Assembly: GCA_037446975.1 (NCBI GenBank)
Contig: JBBIHQ010000002.1
Coordinates: 27,066-91,065, forward strand
Direction of reading: 5' to 3'
Length of the DNA: 64,000 bases
From: Opitutia bacterium
GTDB lineage: Bacteria > Verrucomicrobiota > Verrucomicrobiia > Opitutales > Opitutaceae
In this document: in pieces, positions 46,605 through 56,531 of the stretch
Position numbering within the stretch: the stretch's first letter is position 1
How the letters are laid out: every line of letters begins with the position of its first letter
Position numbers and translations under genes: made by a program
Notes under the pieces: model-generated
Databases searched by the model: none
What the model saw: the letters and a program-made list of their open reading frames with translations, nothing else
Told to the model about the DNA's origin: nothing

Positions 46605-48806
46605 GTGTCTGAAGCAGATGCCCAACAGCCGGGATCGGCTCGGTTCGACGACACGGTTGGTTTGCCCGCCCATATCACGGCCCCGGGTCGGAAGCGTCCC
46701 ACTGGAGCGCAGGATCGACCACCGGTCTATGCCATGGTCGGTAACCCTAATTGTGGCAAAACCACGTTGTTCAATGCCCTGACCGGCTTGCGGCAGAAGG
46801 TCGGCAACTATCCCGGGGTCACGGTCGAAAAAAAGATCGGGGAGGTTTTTTCCCAGCATGGCCGCCCCATGAAGATCATTGATCTCCCCGGCGCCTACTC
46901 GCTCGCTGCGCGCTCGCCCGATGAAGCGGTGCTGCGCGACGTCCTGCTCGGTCGCCGCGCTGACACGCCGCAACCCGATCGCATCATCTGTGTCGTCGAC
47001 GCTTCCAACCTCGAGCGCAACCTCTACCTTGTGCACCAGATCCTTGATCTGGGCCGCCCCGTGATCCTCGCCCTCAACATGATGGATCTTGCGAACCAGG
47101 CGGGCGTTGAATTGCGGGCCAAGAGACTTGAGGAGTCGCTCGGTGTGCCGGTCATCCCCTGCGAAGCGGTACGTGGCCGGGGCCTGATCGAGTTGAAACT
47201 CGCCATGAGCCGTGTCGATCTTGCGCTTGCCAGACACCGTTGGGATGTGCCCGCCGCCGTGGCCCCGGCCGTTGCGGCGCTGCAAGCCTCCTTGGTCGAA
47301 TATGACGGCCGTCCGCCGCTGGTCGCCCGCGCCGAGGCCCTGTTGCTCCTGACAGATTTTGCCAGTGTTCGTGTCACTGGCTCCACGCCACTCAGTGCCC
47401 CCACCGCCAGCGTGCTGGCCAACTGGCATCGTGGTGAAGGAGCCGGTCCCAAGGACTGGTCAAGCACCCTGATCAACAGCCGTTATGATGCCATCCATCG
47501 CCTCTGTCAGGACGTGATTGTCCGCAGTGGTCACACCGGCCCTTCGATTTCGGACCGGATCGACGCAGTCTTGGTCCACACCCTCTGGGGTTGGCTGTTC
47601 TTTGGCGTGATCATGGCGGCTCTCTTTTTCTCCATCTTCTCCCTGGCGGAATACCCCATGAACTGGATCGACGTTCACATGGCCATGTTGGGCAGCTGGG
47701 TGAAGGCTTCGATGCCGCCGGGCGACCTGCGGGATCTCCTGACCGACGGCGTCGTCAGCGGGGTGGGGGGCATTGTTGTCTTTCTGCCCCAGATCCTGAT
47801 CCTCTTCTTTTTCGTCGGCCTGCTCGAAAGTACGGGCTACATGGCGCGCGCCGCATTCATCATGGACCGCCCGATGAGCAAGGTCGGACTACACGGCAAA
47901 TCCTTCATCCCCTTGCTTGGCTCCTACGCCTGCGCCATTCCCGGCATCATGGCGACCCGCACCATTGAGAACGCCAAGGACCGTCTCGTCACCATCCTGG
48001 TCGCGCCATTGATGAGCTGCTCAGCGCGCCTGCCCGTCTATTTGCTCATGATCGCAACATTGTTACCCGGGCACTCGGAATCGGCCGTGACCAAGGTTGG
48101 GATTATGCTCCTCATGTACGTGCTCGGCACCGCCGGGGCTTTTGGTTTTGCGTGGCTGTTCAAGCGCACCCTTTTTAAGAGCGCGCCGCCCCTCATGATC
48201 ATGGAGCTGCCGCCCTATCAGCCGCCGCGAATCAAGGAAATCCTTCGCCAGATGATTGAACGCGCCTGGCTGTTCCTGAAAAACGCCGGCACCATTATCC
48301 TCGGCATCTCCATCGTGCTTTGGTTTCTCACCACCTATCCGAAGCATCCCGATCCGGCTGCTCCGCCGAGTGCACAGATCGCCCATAGCTTCGCCGGTCA
48401 GGCCGGGCGCGTCATTGAGCCGCTGATCAAACCGCTCGGTTTTGACTGGCGCATTGGCATCGGCCTTATCACCTCGTTTGCCGCCCGCGAGGTCTTCGTC
48501 AGCTCGACCGCCGTCGTCTTCAGCGTGCAGAAATTCGCCGGAGGAAAACGCGCCGACGTGACACCTGTGCGGGAAGCCTTGCGCGCGGCCACCTGGCCTG
48601 GCGGCGCCCCGTTGTTCACTCCCCTCGTTTGCTTCACGCTCATGGTGTATTATGTTTTTGCCATGCAATGCATGAGCACTGTTGCCGTCGTCAAGCGCGA
48701 GACCAACTCGTGGCGGTGGCCGCTCTTCCAGATCGCCTATATGACCGGCACCGCCTGGCTCGTGTGTTTCGTCATCTACCAATCCGGCCGCGCGCTCGGT
48801 TTCTAG
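46605..48806 (+). CDS. feoB: Ferrous iron transporter FeoB
   Basis: The G1 motif GNPNCGKTTLFNALTG, DLPG and the polytopic C-terminal gate domains are present. With the GTG start at 46605 there is an N-terminal extension of about 43 aa, so the exact start is uncertain. Confidence 0.9.
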   Translation: MSEADAQQPGSARFDDTVGLPAHITAPGRKRPTGAQDRPPVYAMVGNPNCGKTTLFNALTGLRQKVGNYPGVTVEKKIGEVFSQHGRPMKIIDLPGAYSLAARSPDEAVLRDVLLGRRADTPQPDRIICVVDASNLERNLYLVHQILDLGRPVILALNMMDLANQAGVELRAKRLEESLGVPVIPCEAVRGRGLIELKLAMSRVDLALARHRWDVPAAVAPAVAALQASLVEYDGRPPLVARAEALLLLTDFASVRVTGSTPLSAPTASVLANWHRGEGAGPKDWSSTLINSRYDAIHRLCQDVIVRSGHTGPSISDRIDAVLVHTLWGWLFFGVIMAALFFSIFSLAEYPMNWIDVHMAMLGSWVKASMPPGDLRDLLTDGVVSGVGGIVVFLPQILILFFFVGLLESTGYMARAAFIMDRPMSKVGLHGKSFIPLLGSYACAIPGIMATRTIENAKDRLVTILVAPLMSCSARLPVYLLMIATLLPGHSESAVTKVGIMLLMYVLGTAGAFGFAWLFKRTLFKSAPPLMIMELPPYQPPRIKEILRQMIERAWLFLKNAGTIILGISIVLWFLTTYPKHPDPAAPPSAQIAHSFAGQAGRVIEPLIKPLGFDWRIGIGLITSFAAREVFVSSTAVVFSVQKFAGGKRADVTPVREALRAATWPGGAPLFTPLVCFTLMVYYVFAMQCMSTVAVVKRETNSWRWPLFQIAYMTGTAWLVCFVIYQSGRALGF

Positions 48807-48807
48807 C

Positions 48808-48975
48808 ATGTCCGCCTCTCTGCAAACCATCATCGCTCTCGCACTCGTTGCCGTCGCCGCCGTCCTGCTCGTGCGCTCCTTTTTGAAAAGACGGAATTCT
48901 CCCGGCTGCGGGAGCAATTGTGGCGCCGTCAGCCCCGAAGTGAAGAAGCTGCAGGCCAGATTAAAATCCCGCTGA
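48808..48975 (+). CDS. FeoB-associated Cys-rich small membrane protein (55 aa, not in the ORF track)
   Basis: The ATG lies 1 nt after the feoB stop. The product is MSASLQTIIALALVAVAAVLLVRSFLKRRNSPGCGSNCGAVSPEVKKLQARLKSR, with one TM helix, a basic stretch and a CGxxCG motif. Confidence 0.6.
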   Translation: MSASLQTIIALALVAVAAVLLVRSFLKRRNSPGCGSNCGAVSPEVKKLQARLKSR

Positions 48976-48999
48976 GTCTGGCGTTACTGTAACTCGATC

Positions 49000-49995
49000 A
49001 TGAAGGCCGCCGTCCTATCCGAAGTCAAAAGGCCATTGGTCGTACAGGCCGTGCCCGCACCCGTCGCCGGCCCCGGCAACGCTGTCATCCAGCTTAAGGC
49101 GGCCGCGCTCAATCACCGCGACCTCTGGACTCAACTCGGTCTGTATCCGAACATCAAGCTGCCCATTATCCTTGGTTCGGACGGCGCGGGCCTCGTCCGG
49201 ACCGTTGGACCGGGAGGTGACGAGGCTTGGGTGGGCCGGGAGGTTATTATCAACCCTTCGCTTGATTGGGGTTCCGACCCGCGGGCCCAGGGACCGGACT
49301 TCCGTATCCTGGGATTGCCGGAAAACGGTACCTTTGCGGAGCAGGTCACCATTCCGGTTGCCAATCTATCGGCCAAGCCCGCCCACCTCTCGTGGGAGCA
49401 GGCCGCCGCGCTTCCGCTGGCCGGATTGACTGCCTGGCGTGCCTTGTTTGCCCGCGCCCAACTGAAACCCGGCGAGCGCGTGTTGGTCACCGGCATTGGC
49501 GGTGGCGCAGCGTTGTTCGCGTTGCAGTTCGCCGTGGCCGCGGGGGCGCAAGCCTGGGTGACTTCAGGCACGCCAAACAAGATAAAGCGCGCCCAGACAC
49601 TTGGAGCCTTGGGTGGCGTCAATTACCGCGACGTCGATTGGGCGGATTCTCTACAGAAACTGGCCGGGCGTTTTGACGTGATTATTGACAGCGCCGGCGG
49701 CGAAGGGCTGGCCCGCCTGATCGACCTGGCCGCACCCGGAGGCCGCATCGTATTTTTTGGCGCAACTACCGGCAACCCCAAGGGGCTGGACATGCGCAAG
49801 TGCTTCTTCCGCCAGATCAACCTCCTGGGCACGACGATGGGCTCGCCCGCGGATTTCACGGGCATGACCGCTTTTGTCGCCATCAACAAGATTGTTCCGG
49901 TCGTGGACCGGGTCTGCCCGCTCGCGGAAGCGGAGACGGCGTTGCGCCACATGGAGGCGGGCGCGCAATTCGGGAAAATTGTCCTCGCCAACTAA
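49000..49995 (+). CDS. Zinc-type alcohol dehydrogenase / quinone oxidoreductase family (MDR)
   Basis: The GroES-like N-terminus and the Rossmann motif VLVTGIGGGAALFALQFA are present. The C-terminus is FGKIVL. Confidence 0.8.
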   Translation: MKAAVLSEVKRPLVVQAVPAPVAGPGNAVIQLKAAALNHRDLWTQLGLYPNIKLPIILGSDGAGLVRTVGPGGDEAWVGREVIINPSLDWGSDPRAQGPDFRILGLPENGTFAEQVTIPVANLSAKPAHLSWEQAAALPLAGLTAWRALFARAQLKPGERVLVTGIGGGAALFALQFAVAAGAQAWVTSGTPNKIKRAQTLGALGGVNYRDVDWADSLQKLAGRFDVIIDSAGGEGLARLIDLAAPGGRIVFFGATTGNPKGLDMRKCFFRQINLLGTTMGSPADFTGMTAFVAINKIVPVVDRVCPLAEAETALRHMEAGAQFGKIVLAN

Positions 49996-50004
49996 GGCGG
50001 CGCT

Positions 50005-50649
50005 TCATGGCGCGCCGGTCAGCAGGCCCCGGACGAAATCCCAGGCGTGCGCCCCCATCACGGCGATCAGCACGAAATAGGCGGCGGCGAGAACCGCGAA
50101 GACATAGCCGAGGAGCACGCAGGCCCCATCCCGTTCCATGGTCCCGGCCGCGCCGAAGAGGATGCCCAATGCCGGGAGGGTGTTGCTGAACGGAATGGGG
50201 GCCGGGAGGAGCAACAAGCCGGCGCTGATTGTCACCATGGCCGCGTGCACGCGGACCAACCGGGGCGAGCCGGTGATCGCCAGCCAGCGCGGCCGGAGCC
50301 CATGCTCGAGCAGCCGGATGATCCGGCTGGCCCCTCTGGCCACCATCCCGAAGAAACGCGGCGGCAGCCGGGTCTGGAGCAGGCGGTCGGGCAACCAGGG
50401 TTCCTTGCCGAGGGCAATACACCCCGCGATCAGGAATATCACCAAGCCCAGCGGCGTCGACAGTCCCGGCAGTGTCACCGGCACGCAGAAGGGCAGGGCG
50501 ATGATGATGATCAGCAGGGTGTAGGCGCGCTCGTGCAAAACTTCGATCACCTCGGCGATGCTCACCCGGTGCTGGTGAAATCGTTTCGCCAAGTCGTGCA
50601 GCTCGGCGGAGACTTTCTTGGGGGGTTGGGTGAGATCCCGGGTGTACAT
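50005..50649 (-). CDS. ExoD-family exopolysaccharide synthesis membrane protein
   Basis: VSIAEVIEVLHERAYTLLIIIIALPFCVPVTLPGLSTPLG is present. I chose the ATG at 50649, which avoids overlap with queE. Confidence 0.7.
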   Translation of the reverse strand: MYTRDLTQPPKKVSAELHDLAKRFHQHRVSIAEVIEVLHERAYTLLIIIIALPFCVPVTLPGLSTPLGLVIFLIAGCIALGKEPWLPDRLLQTRLPPRFFGMVARGASRIIRLLEHGLRPRWLAITGSPRLVRVHAAMVTISAGLLLLPAPIPFSNTLPALGILFGAAGTMERDGACVLLGYVFAVLAAAYFVLIAVMGAHAWDFVRGLLTGAP

Positions 50650-50654
50650 TGAGG

Positions 50655-51347
50655 TTAGGTCCCGCGCCGGTTGCCGTAGAGTTCGATGTGCAACCGGGGA
50701 GCAAAACGAAAGCCGCGCGTTTTGCACAACTCGCCCAGCCAGGCGGCCCGGGCGCGCAACGTTTCGACCGTCACCCCTTCCGGCATGAGCAGGATCTTGC
50801 TTGGCGGAACGACACAGCCGGTTTCCCGGATCATGGCTTCGATTTCATCCACATCCGTCGCCGAACCCACGACGAATTTCAGCTGGTAATCTCGTGATGC
50901 CATCCAACTGGCCACGACCTCAGGCTGCCACCGGAGTTCCTCGTGTTTCTTCCGCCACCCATCGTCCAGGCGCTCATCGGGCGCGGAGTGCGCAAGCTTC
51001 GGGCTGAGCGAAGCCAGATCGCAGGCAATGCCGCCCGGCTTTACCGTCCCCGCCGTCTCGATCGTGATGTGATAACCTTGATCCTGCAATTGAAAGGCCA
51101 GTTCGTGAATGCCCGCGGCTATCATGGGCTCGCCACCGGTCAGCACGACATGCCGGGAAGGATGCTGGCGGATCGCGACCATGATTTCTTCCACCCCCAT
51201 CTGCTTTCCTTCCGGCTGCCAGGACGCATACGGCGTGTCGCACCAGTTGCAGCGCAGATTACAGCCGCTGGTGCGGACAAAAATTGACGGCACGCCGGCC
51301 AGCTCGCCCTCGCCTTGCAGGGAATAAAAGATTTCCGTGATCAACAT
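50655..51347 (-). CDS. queE: 7-carboxy-7-deazaguanine synthase (radical SAM)
   Basis: EIFYSLQGEG and FVRTSGCNLRCNWCDTPY (Cx3Cx2C) are present. Confidence 0.9.
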   Translation of the reverse strand: MLITEIFYSLQGEGELAGVPSIFVRTSGCNLRCNWCDTPYASWQPEGKQMGVEEIMVAIRQHPSRHVVLTGGEPMIAAGIHELAFQLQDQGYHITIETAGTVKPGGIACDLASLSPKLAHSAPDERLDDGWRKKHEELRWQPEVVASWMASRDYQLKFVVGSATDVDEIEAMIRETGCVVPPSKILLMPEGVTVETLRARAAWLGELCKTRGFRFAPRLHIELYGNRRGT

Positions 51348-51389
51348 TTCGAAAACGGGGGTCGACGCTTCATAAGGTTCCTCTCTCTG

Positions 51390-52091
51390 TTATCTCGGTC
51401 CAATCTGCTTCACTGGGCGCGCCGGCAGCGGAGGGGTGGATTCATAGACCGTTGGATCATCCAGTCGCGCCAGTTCAAAGGCCTCGCGGCGTTCCACACA
51501 GGTACCGCACTTGCCGCAGTGCACCAGCCCGCCCTTGTAACACGACCAGGTACGTCCAAGATCCACCCCGAGCCGCGCACCTTCCGCGGCCACCTGGCCC
51601 TTGTCCATCCCGATGAACGGCCGGAGCAGCTGAATCCTCGCGTAGGTACCCAGCCGCATCGCTTCACCCATGGCGCGCATAAATTCCTCCCGGCAGTCGG
51701 GATAGATGGTGTGGTCCCCGCCATGAGCGGCTATGATCAGGCCCTCGGCGCCGGCACTCTCCGCCCAACCGGCCGCGGCGGCCAGCATGATGCCGTTGCG
51801 AAACGGCACCACTGTTCGACGCATGTTTTCGTCGGCATAATGCCCGTCTGGAACTTCACCGCCGGAATTCAACAAATCGGAGGCAAAATGCCTTCCTATA
51901 AAATCGAGCGGAATGATCGCATGCGGGGCCCCGATCTTTCCGGCATGCTCGGCCGCAAATGGGATCTCCCGGTTATTGTGCTTGGCCCCATAATCAAAGC
52001 TGAGGACCGCCACGACCGTGTGATGCACCCGCGCCCAATGGAGCGCCGTGACCGAATCCATGCCACCTGAGCAAAGTACCACGACTTTCAT
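51390..52091 (-). CDS. queC: 7-cyano-7-deazaguanine synthase
   Basis: The PP-loop LCSGGMDS and the C-terminal zinc cluster CYKG..HCGKCGTCVERREAF are present. Confidence 0.92.
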   Translation of the reverse strand: MKVVVLCSGGMDSVTALHWARVHHTVVAVLSFDYGAKHNNREIPFAAEHAGKIGAPHAIIPLDFIGRHFASDLLNSGGEVPDGHYADENMRRTVVPFRNGIMLAAAAGWAESAGAEGLIIAAHGGDHTIYPDCREEFMRAMGEAMRLGTYARIQLLRPFIGMDKGQVAAEGARLGVDLGRTWSCYKGGLVHCGKCGTCVERREAFELARLDDPTVYESTPPLPARPVKQIGPR

Positions 52092-52100
52092 ACGGGGTTA

Positions 52101-52868
52101 ATGGCCGCAATTAGACCCAAAAGACACGAAAAATCTCCTGTCGCCAAGCCGGCTCGGGGTGTTTTCGTAGGTTCCGTGGCTTCTCCCCTGATAATCGCCC
52201 ACCGCGGCGCCTCAGCTGAAAAACCGGAAAATACCCTTGCGGCCTTTCGCCGGGCTGTGGCGCTTGGCGTGGATGGCCTCGAGCTCGACATTCATGTGAC
52301 TCCCGATGGCGTGCCGGTGGTATTCCACGACGCGGGCTTGTTCCGCTTGACCGGCGTGCACGGAGATATTGCTACTACGAACTGGCGGGAACTGAAAAAA
52401 CTACGCGTCCTTGGCTGCGAGCCCATCCCACGGCTGGTCGATGTCCTCGAATCTGTTCGTGGCCGAGCCGTGGTGCAAATCGAACTCAAGGCCGGCGGCC
52501 CGGTTGCGCCGGTGTTCAACGTCATCGAATCAGCCCGGGCTGCAGAGTGGGTGATTCTCGCGTCATTCTCCGCTGCGCTGTTGCGCGAGGCCTTCCGGCT
52601 CGCGCCCGCCGTGCCGCGAATGCTCATCACCTCCGGAAGGCGCTCGCGCCCTTCACTGACCCGCGAGCTGGCGGCAGTCGGGGCCAATGGACTCAGCGTC
52701 GACCACCGGGCGGTGAACGACGCCAAGTGGGTGCGGTATTTTCATTCGCGCGGGTATCTCGTATGGTGCTGGACGGTCAATAATTCCCGTCGCGCCAGCC
52801 AATTGAGCGGGTGGGGGATCGACGCACTCCTGACCGATAATCCCGCCTTGCTGAAGCGGACAGTTTAG
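52101..52868 (+). CDS. Glycerophosphodiester phosphodiesterase family protein
   Basis: IIAHRGASAEKPENTLAAF, ELDIHVTPDGVPVVFHD and WTVN are present. The start is either the ATG at 52101, only 9 nt from the divergent queC ATG, or the GTG at 52176. Confidence 0.8.
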   Translation: MAAIRPKRHEKSPVAKPARGVFVGSVASPLIIAHRGASAEKPENTLAAFRRAVALGVDGLELDIHVTPDGVPVVFHDAGLFRLTGVHGDIATTNWRELKKLRVLGCEPIPRLVDVLESVRGRAVVQIELKAGGPVAPVFNVIESARAAEWVILASFSAALLREAFRLAPAVPRMLITSGRRSRPSLTRELAAVGANGLSVDHRAVNDAKWVRYFHSRGYLVWCWTVNNSRRASQLSGWGIDALLTDNPALLKRTV

Positions 52869-52911
52869 GCATTTTCTTGGGCTCCATTTCGTCCGTGGGC
52901 GGACAATTTTG

Positions 52912-53781
52912 ATGATCCTTTTTTACGACCCATCCTGTGCAGAATACGGTTCGCATATGCGGCCCGAACAACCGGCTCGCATCACCCGCAGCGCCTCGCA
53001 CCTGAAGTCCTCGCACCCGGATTGGGAGTGGCGGCGGCCCGGCGTTGCCGGGGAAGAATTGCTGTTGACCGCTCACACTCCGGCGTTGATCGCCCGGCTG
53101 CAACATCCTCCGGATATCGACGACGATACGCCCTATTTGCCCGGCATCTACGACCATGCCCGCCGGGCCGTCGGTGCGGCGCTGGCCGCCACTGATGCGG
53201 CGCTGTCTGGACAGAAGGCCTTCGCCTTGATGCGCCCCCCCGGCCATCATTGCACCCGCAACCAGGCGATGGGGTTCTGCTATCTCAACCAGATTGCTCT
53301 GGCCGCCCTGCATGCCGCGACCGCCGGCCGGCGGGTGGCCGTGTGGGATTTCGACGCGCACCATGGCAATGGCACTGAGGACATCCTGGAAGGCCGGCCG
53401 GGTATCTTCTTTACCTCGGTGCACCAGTTTCCCGGTTATCCCGGCACCGGCTCACGCTCGTCCAGCAACTGCAAAAACTTTCCCGTTGCACCGCACACAC
53501 CGCGTCCACAGCACTTGGAAGCGCTCGCCCGTTCGTGGGAAGCGGTGCTGGCGTTCCGGCCGGATCTTGTCCTGGTTTCTGCCGGTTTTGATGCCTACGC
53601 CGGCGACCCCATTACCGAGATGACGCTCGAGCGCGGCGATTTCACCGAGCTCGGCCGCTGGCTTGCCCAAGGTGCCCTGTCGGCAGCCGGTGTCTTGGAG
53701 GGAGGCTACAGTGCCGATCTGCCGCTGCTGATTGACGACTTCCTATCCGCCTGGGCAGACCCAATCCCGCCATCCGTTTGA
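52912..53781 (+). CDS. Histone deacetylase-family (acetoin utilisation/deacetylase) protein
   Basis: RPPGHHC, DFDAHHGNGTEDI and GGY near the C-terminus are present. Confidence 0.85.
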   Translation: MILFYDPSCAEYGSHMRPEQPARITRSASHLKSSHPDWEWRRPGVAGEELLLTAHTPALIARLQHPPDIDDDTPYLPGIYDHARRAVGAALAATDAALSGQKAFALMRPPGHHCTRNQAMGFCYLNQIALAALHAATAGRRVAVWDFDAHHGNGTEDILEGRPGIFFTSVHQFPGYPGTGSRSSSNCKNFPVAPHTPRPQHLEALARSWEAVLAFRPDLVLVSAGFDAYAGDPITEMTLERGDFTELGRWLAQGALSAAGVLEGGYSADLPLLIDDFLSAWADPIPPSV

Positions 53782-54890
53782 ACTCCTCGCCCCATTATCA
53801 GCTCATCGACCAGCCCGGCCAATTACCGCCGCTCTTTGCCGCACTCGACCGTTGCACCGAGGTCGCCCTCGATACCGAGGCGGACAATCTTTTCCGCTAC
53901 CGCACACAGGTCTGTTTGCTGCAAATCAAGGCGGCAGATGAAATCCACCTCGTGGACCTGCTGGCAGGACTGCCGCTGGAAGAACTTTGGACGCGCCTCG
54001 CGGCCAAACCCCTGATCATGCACGGCAGTGATTATGATTTGCGTCTGCTGTGGGAATTGTGCCGGTTTCAGCCGTTGAGCCTGTTTGACACGATGTTTGC
54101 CGCCCAGTTGCTGAACATCCCCCGCTTCGGCCTCGCGGCGTTGCTGGAACAGAACTTCGGGGTGCGGCTCGACAAGGACCACCAGAAGGCCAACTGGTCG
54201 CAACGCCCGCTGGAGCGCGGCATGCTCGATTACGCCGCACTCGACGTCCATTATCTACCCGGCCTGCGCGACCGGCTCCGTGATGACCTGAGCCGCCTCG
54301 GCCGGCTCGAGTGGCTGGAACAAAAATGCCGCTGGCAGATGACGGTCGCACACGACGGTTTTGCGCCGCCCGACGAAAACAACTGGCGCATCAACGGGTC
54401 GGAAAAACTGCATGGCCGCGGTCTTGCGGTCCTGCATGCGATCTGGCACTGGCGCGAGGGTTGGGCGGAGAAGATCAATACGCCGCCTTTCAAGGTCACC
54501 GGCAACGAGATGCTCGCGCGCATTGCTCGCACCGCTGACGAAGACCGGCCGTTCGAGGAAGTCTTGCACGTGAATCTTGGCCGGCGCCACGACCGCCTGT
54601 TCCCGAGTCTGGCCGAAGCGGTGCGGCAGGGTTTTGCCACGGACCCGCACACCTTGCCCCGGCGTGAACGCCGCCGGGAGTTCGGCTCGATGTCCGTCGA
54701 GGAGCTGGCTCGCCAAGACCGTTTGAAGGCCGACCGCGACCGGGTGGCGCAGGGTCTGAACCTTGATCCCACCCTGATCGCCACCCGCTCCCAGCTCGTC
54801 CTGATTGCCCGCAATCCGGCCGGCATCGACGACGTGCTCCTGCCGTGGCAGGCCCGGTTGCTCAAGGCCGAGCCGGCTTGGAAAAGCTAG
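53778..54890 (+). CDS. rnd: Ribonuclease D
   Basis: DEDD exonuclease motifs ALDTEADN, HGSDYDLRLL and YAALDVHYL are present, with an HRDC-like C-terminus. The TTG start overlaps the upstream stop. Confidence 0.8.
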   Translation: MNSSPHYQLIDQPGQLPPLFAALDRCTEVALDTEADNLFRYRTQVCLLQIKAADEIHLVDLLAGLPLEELWTRLAAKPLIMHGSDYDLRLLWELCRFQPLSLFDTMFAAQLLNIPRFGLAALLEQNFGVRLDKDHQKANWSQRPLERGMLDYAALDVHYLPGLRDRLRDDLSRLGRLEWLEQKCRWQMTVAHDGFAPPDENNWRINGSEKLHGRGLAVLHAIWHWREGWAEKINTPPFKVTGNEMLARIARTADEDRPFEEVLHVNLGRRHDRLFPSLAEAVRQGFATDPHTLPRRERRREFGSMSVEELARQDRLKADRDRVAQGLNLDPTLIATRSQLVLIARNPAGIDDVLLPWQARLLKAEPAWKS

Positions 54891-54896
54891 TGCACC

Positions 54897-56531
54897 GTGG
54901 CCGAGTCCGCCAACATCGCCCGCCATCTGCCGTTAATGGCCATGCGCCAGCCGGAGCAGGCCGCGGTGAAGATCCCCCGCGGCCGGAACCCGCCGGGCGA
55001 CATTGACTATCTCACTCTTTCGTTCGCTGAACTCGACCTCGAAGTGGATGCATGGGTCGCCCACCTCGAGCACAATGGCGTGCGGCGAGGCGATCGGGTG
55101 TTGGTGCTGGTCCGGCAGGGCCTGCCGTTGATCGCCGCGGCGTTCGCGCTGTTCAAACTGGGCGCTGTGCCCGTGATCATCGACCCCGGGATGGGCCGGA
55201 AAAACTTTCTCGCCTGCGTCGCCCGGTCAAAACCCCGGGTGCTGCTGGGGATTCCGTCCGCGCAGATCATGGGCTGGATTTTTCGTTCCGCCTTTGCTTC
55301 GGTTGAAGTCCGCCTTTGGGTCAGCGGCAGCGCGACCAGCCGGATGTTGCGAGAGCCCCCGACGCGAAGTGCCCGTGAATGCTGCAACGTGGTTCCGGCC
55401 AGCCTCGCCGCCATTCTGTTTACCAGTGGTTCGACCGGTGCGCCCAAGGGGGTGTGCTACGAGCACGGGATGTTTGACGCCCAGGTGGGGCTGATTCGCG
55501 ACATTTACGGGATTGGACCCGGCGAAGTAGACCTGCCAATGCTGCCTGTTTTCGCCCTGTTTAATCCGGCGCTGGGCATGACAACCGTGGTGCCCGAACT
55601 CGATCCCAGTCAGCCCGCGCAAGTCGATCCGGAAAGGATCGTGCGGGCCATTCTCCAGGAAAAGGTCACCAATTCCTTTGGTTCGCCGACACTCTGGCGA
55701 AGGATTTTTGACCATTGCCTCGCTCGCCGGCTCACATTGCCCGGCCTCCGTCGCGTGCTTTGCGCCGGGGCGGCCGTACCCGCTTCGCTCTGGACCGATG
55801 CAAAGCAAATCCTGCCAAACGGGCGGTTGCACAGCCCGTACGGCGCCACCGAAGCCTTGCCGGTCGCCACCATCTCATCCGACGAGATTGAGTTCCGCTC
55901 TGAATCCGGCGCCTTGTTGGGAAACCTTGTCCCGGGAAACAAAGTGAAGATTATCGCGGCAACCGGGCGTCCCCTATCGACGCTCGCGGATGCCTGTGAG
56001 CTGCCAGCTGGGGAAACCGGCGAAATCATCGTTACCGGCCCGACCACCACCAAGGAATACGACCGGCTGCCCGACGCGACCGCGCTGGCCAAGATTAGTT
56101 CGATGGACGGCGCGGTCTGGCATCGTATGGGCGACGCCGGGTCGCTGGACGCAACCGGCCGGCTTTGGTTCACCGGCCGCCTCGCCGAAGGCGTTGTAAC
56201 TGCAAACGGCATTCTCTATACGGAACCGAGCGAACAGGTTTTTCGCAGCCATCCTCAGGTCGCCCGTTGCGCCCTTATCGGGCTTGGTCCACCCGGCCGG
56301 CAACAACCGGCTTTGGTCATTCAACCGGTGGCCGGCTCCGCCGACAAAGTCCGCCTGGCACGCGAGCTGGGCGAGATGGCGGCCCGCCATCCGCAGACCG
56401 CCGCCATCAAGAAGTTCTTTTTTCATCCGGCATTCCCGGTGGATGTGCGGCACAACGCCAAGATCCACCGGCTCTCACTCGCCCGGTGGGCGGCCACAGC
56501 CAGGGCTTTTGCACCCGGTAGCCGGACATGA
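54897..56531 (+). CDS. oleC: AMP-dependent ligase, OleC-like (olefin beta-lactone synthetase family)
   Basis: ILFTSGSTGAPKGV, FALFKLGAVPVIIDPG, SPYGATEA, HRMGDAG and C-terminal HPAFPVDVRHNAKI resemble OleC as I recall it. The start codon is GTG. Confidence 0.65.
   Translation: MAESANIARHLPLMAMRQPEQAAVKIPRGRNPPGDIDYLTLSFAELDLEVDAWVAHLEHNGVRRGDRVLVLVRQGLPLIAAAFALFKLGAVPVIIDPGMGRKNFLACVARSKPRVLLGIPSAQIMGWIFRSAFASVEVRLWVSGSATSRMLREPPTRSARECCNVVPASLAAILFTSGSTGAPKGVCYEHGMFDAQVGLIRDIYGIGPGEVDLPMLPVFALFNPALGMTTVVPELDPSQPAQVDPERIVRAILQEKVTNSFGSPTLWRRIFDHCLARRLTLPGLRRVLCAGAAVPASLWTDAKQILPNGRLHSPYGATEALPVATISSDEIEFRSESGALLGNLVPGNKVKIIAATGRPLSTLADACELPAGETGEIIVTGPTTTKEYDRLPDATALAKISSMDGAVWHRMGDAGSLDATGRLWFTGRLAEGVVTANGILYTEPSEQVFRSHPQVARCALIGLGPPGRQQPALVIQPVAGSADKVRLARELGEMAARHPQTAAIKKFFFHPAFPVDVRHNAKIHRLSLARWAATARAFAPGSRT

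Noticed and set aside
52092-52100. I looked for a preQ1 riboswitch upstream of queC-queE.
   Set aside because: Only 9 nt separate queC from the divergent ORF, and nothing resembling the preQ1 aptamer is visible in the first 100 nt upstream.
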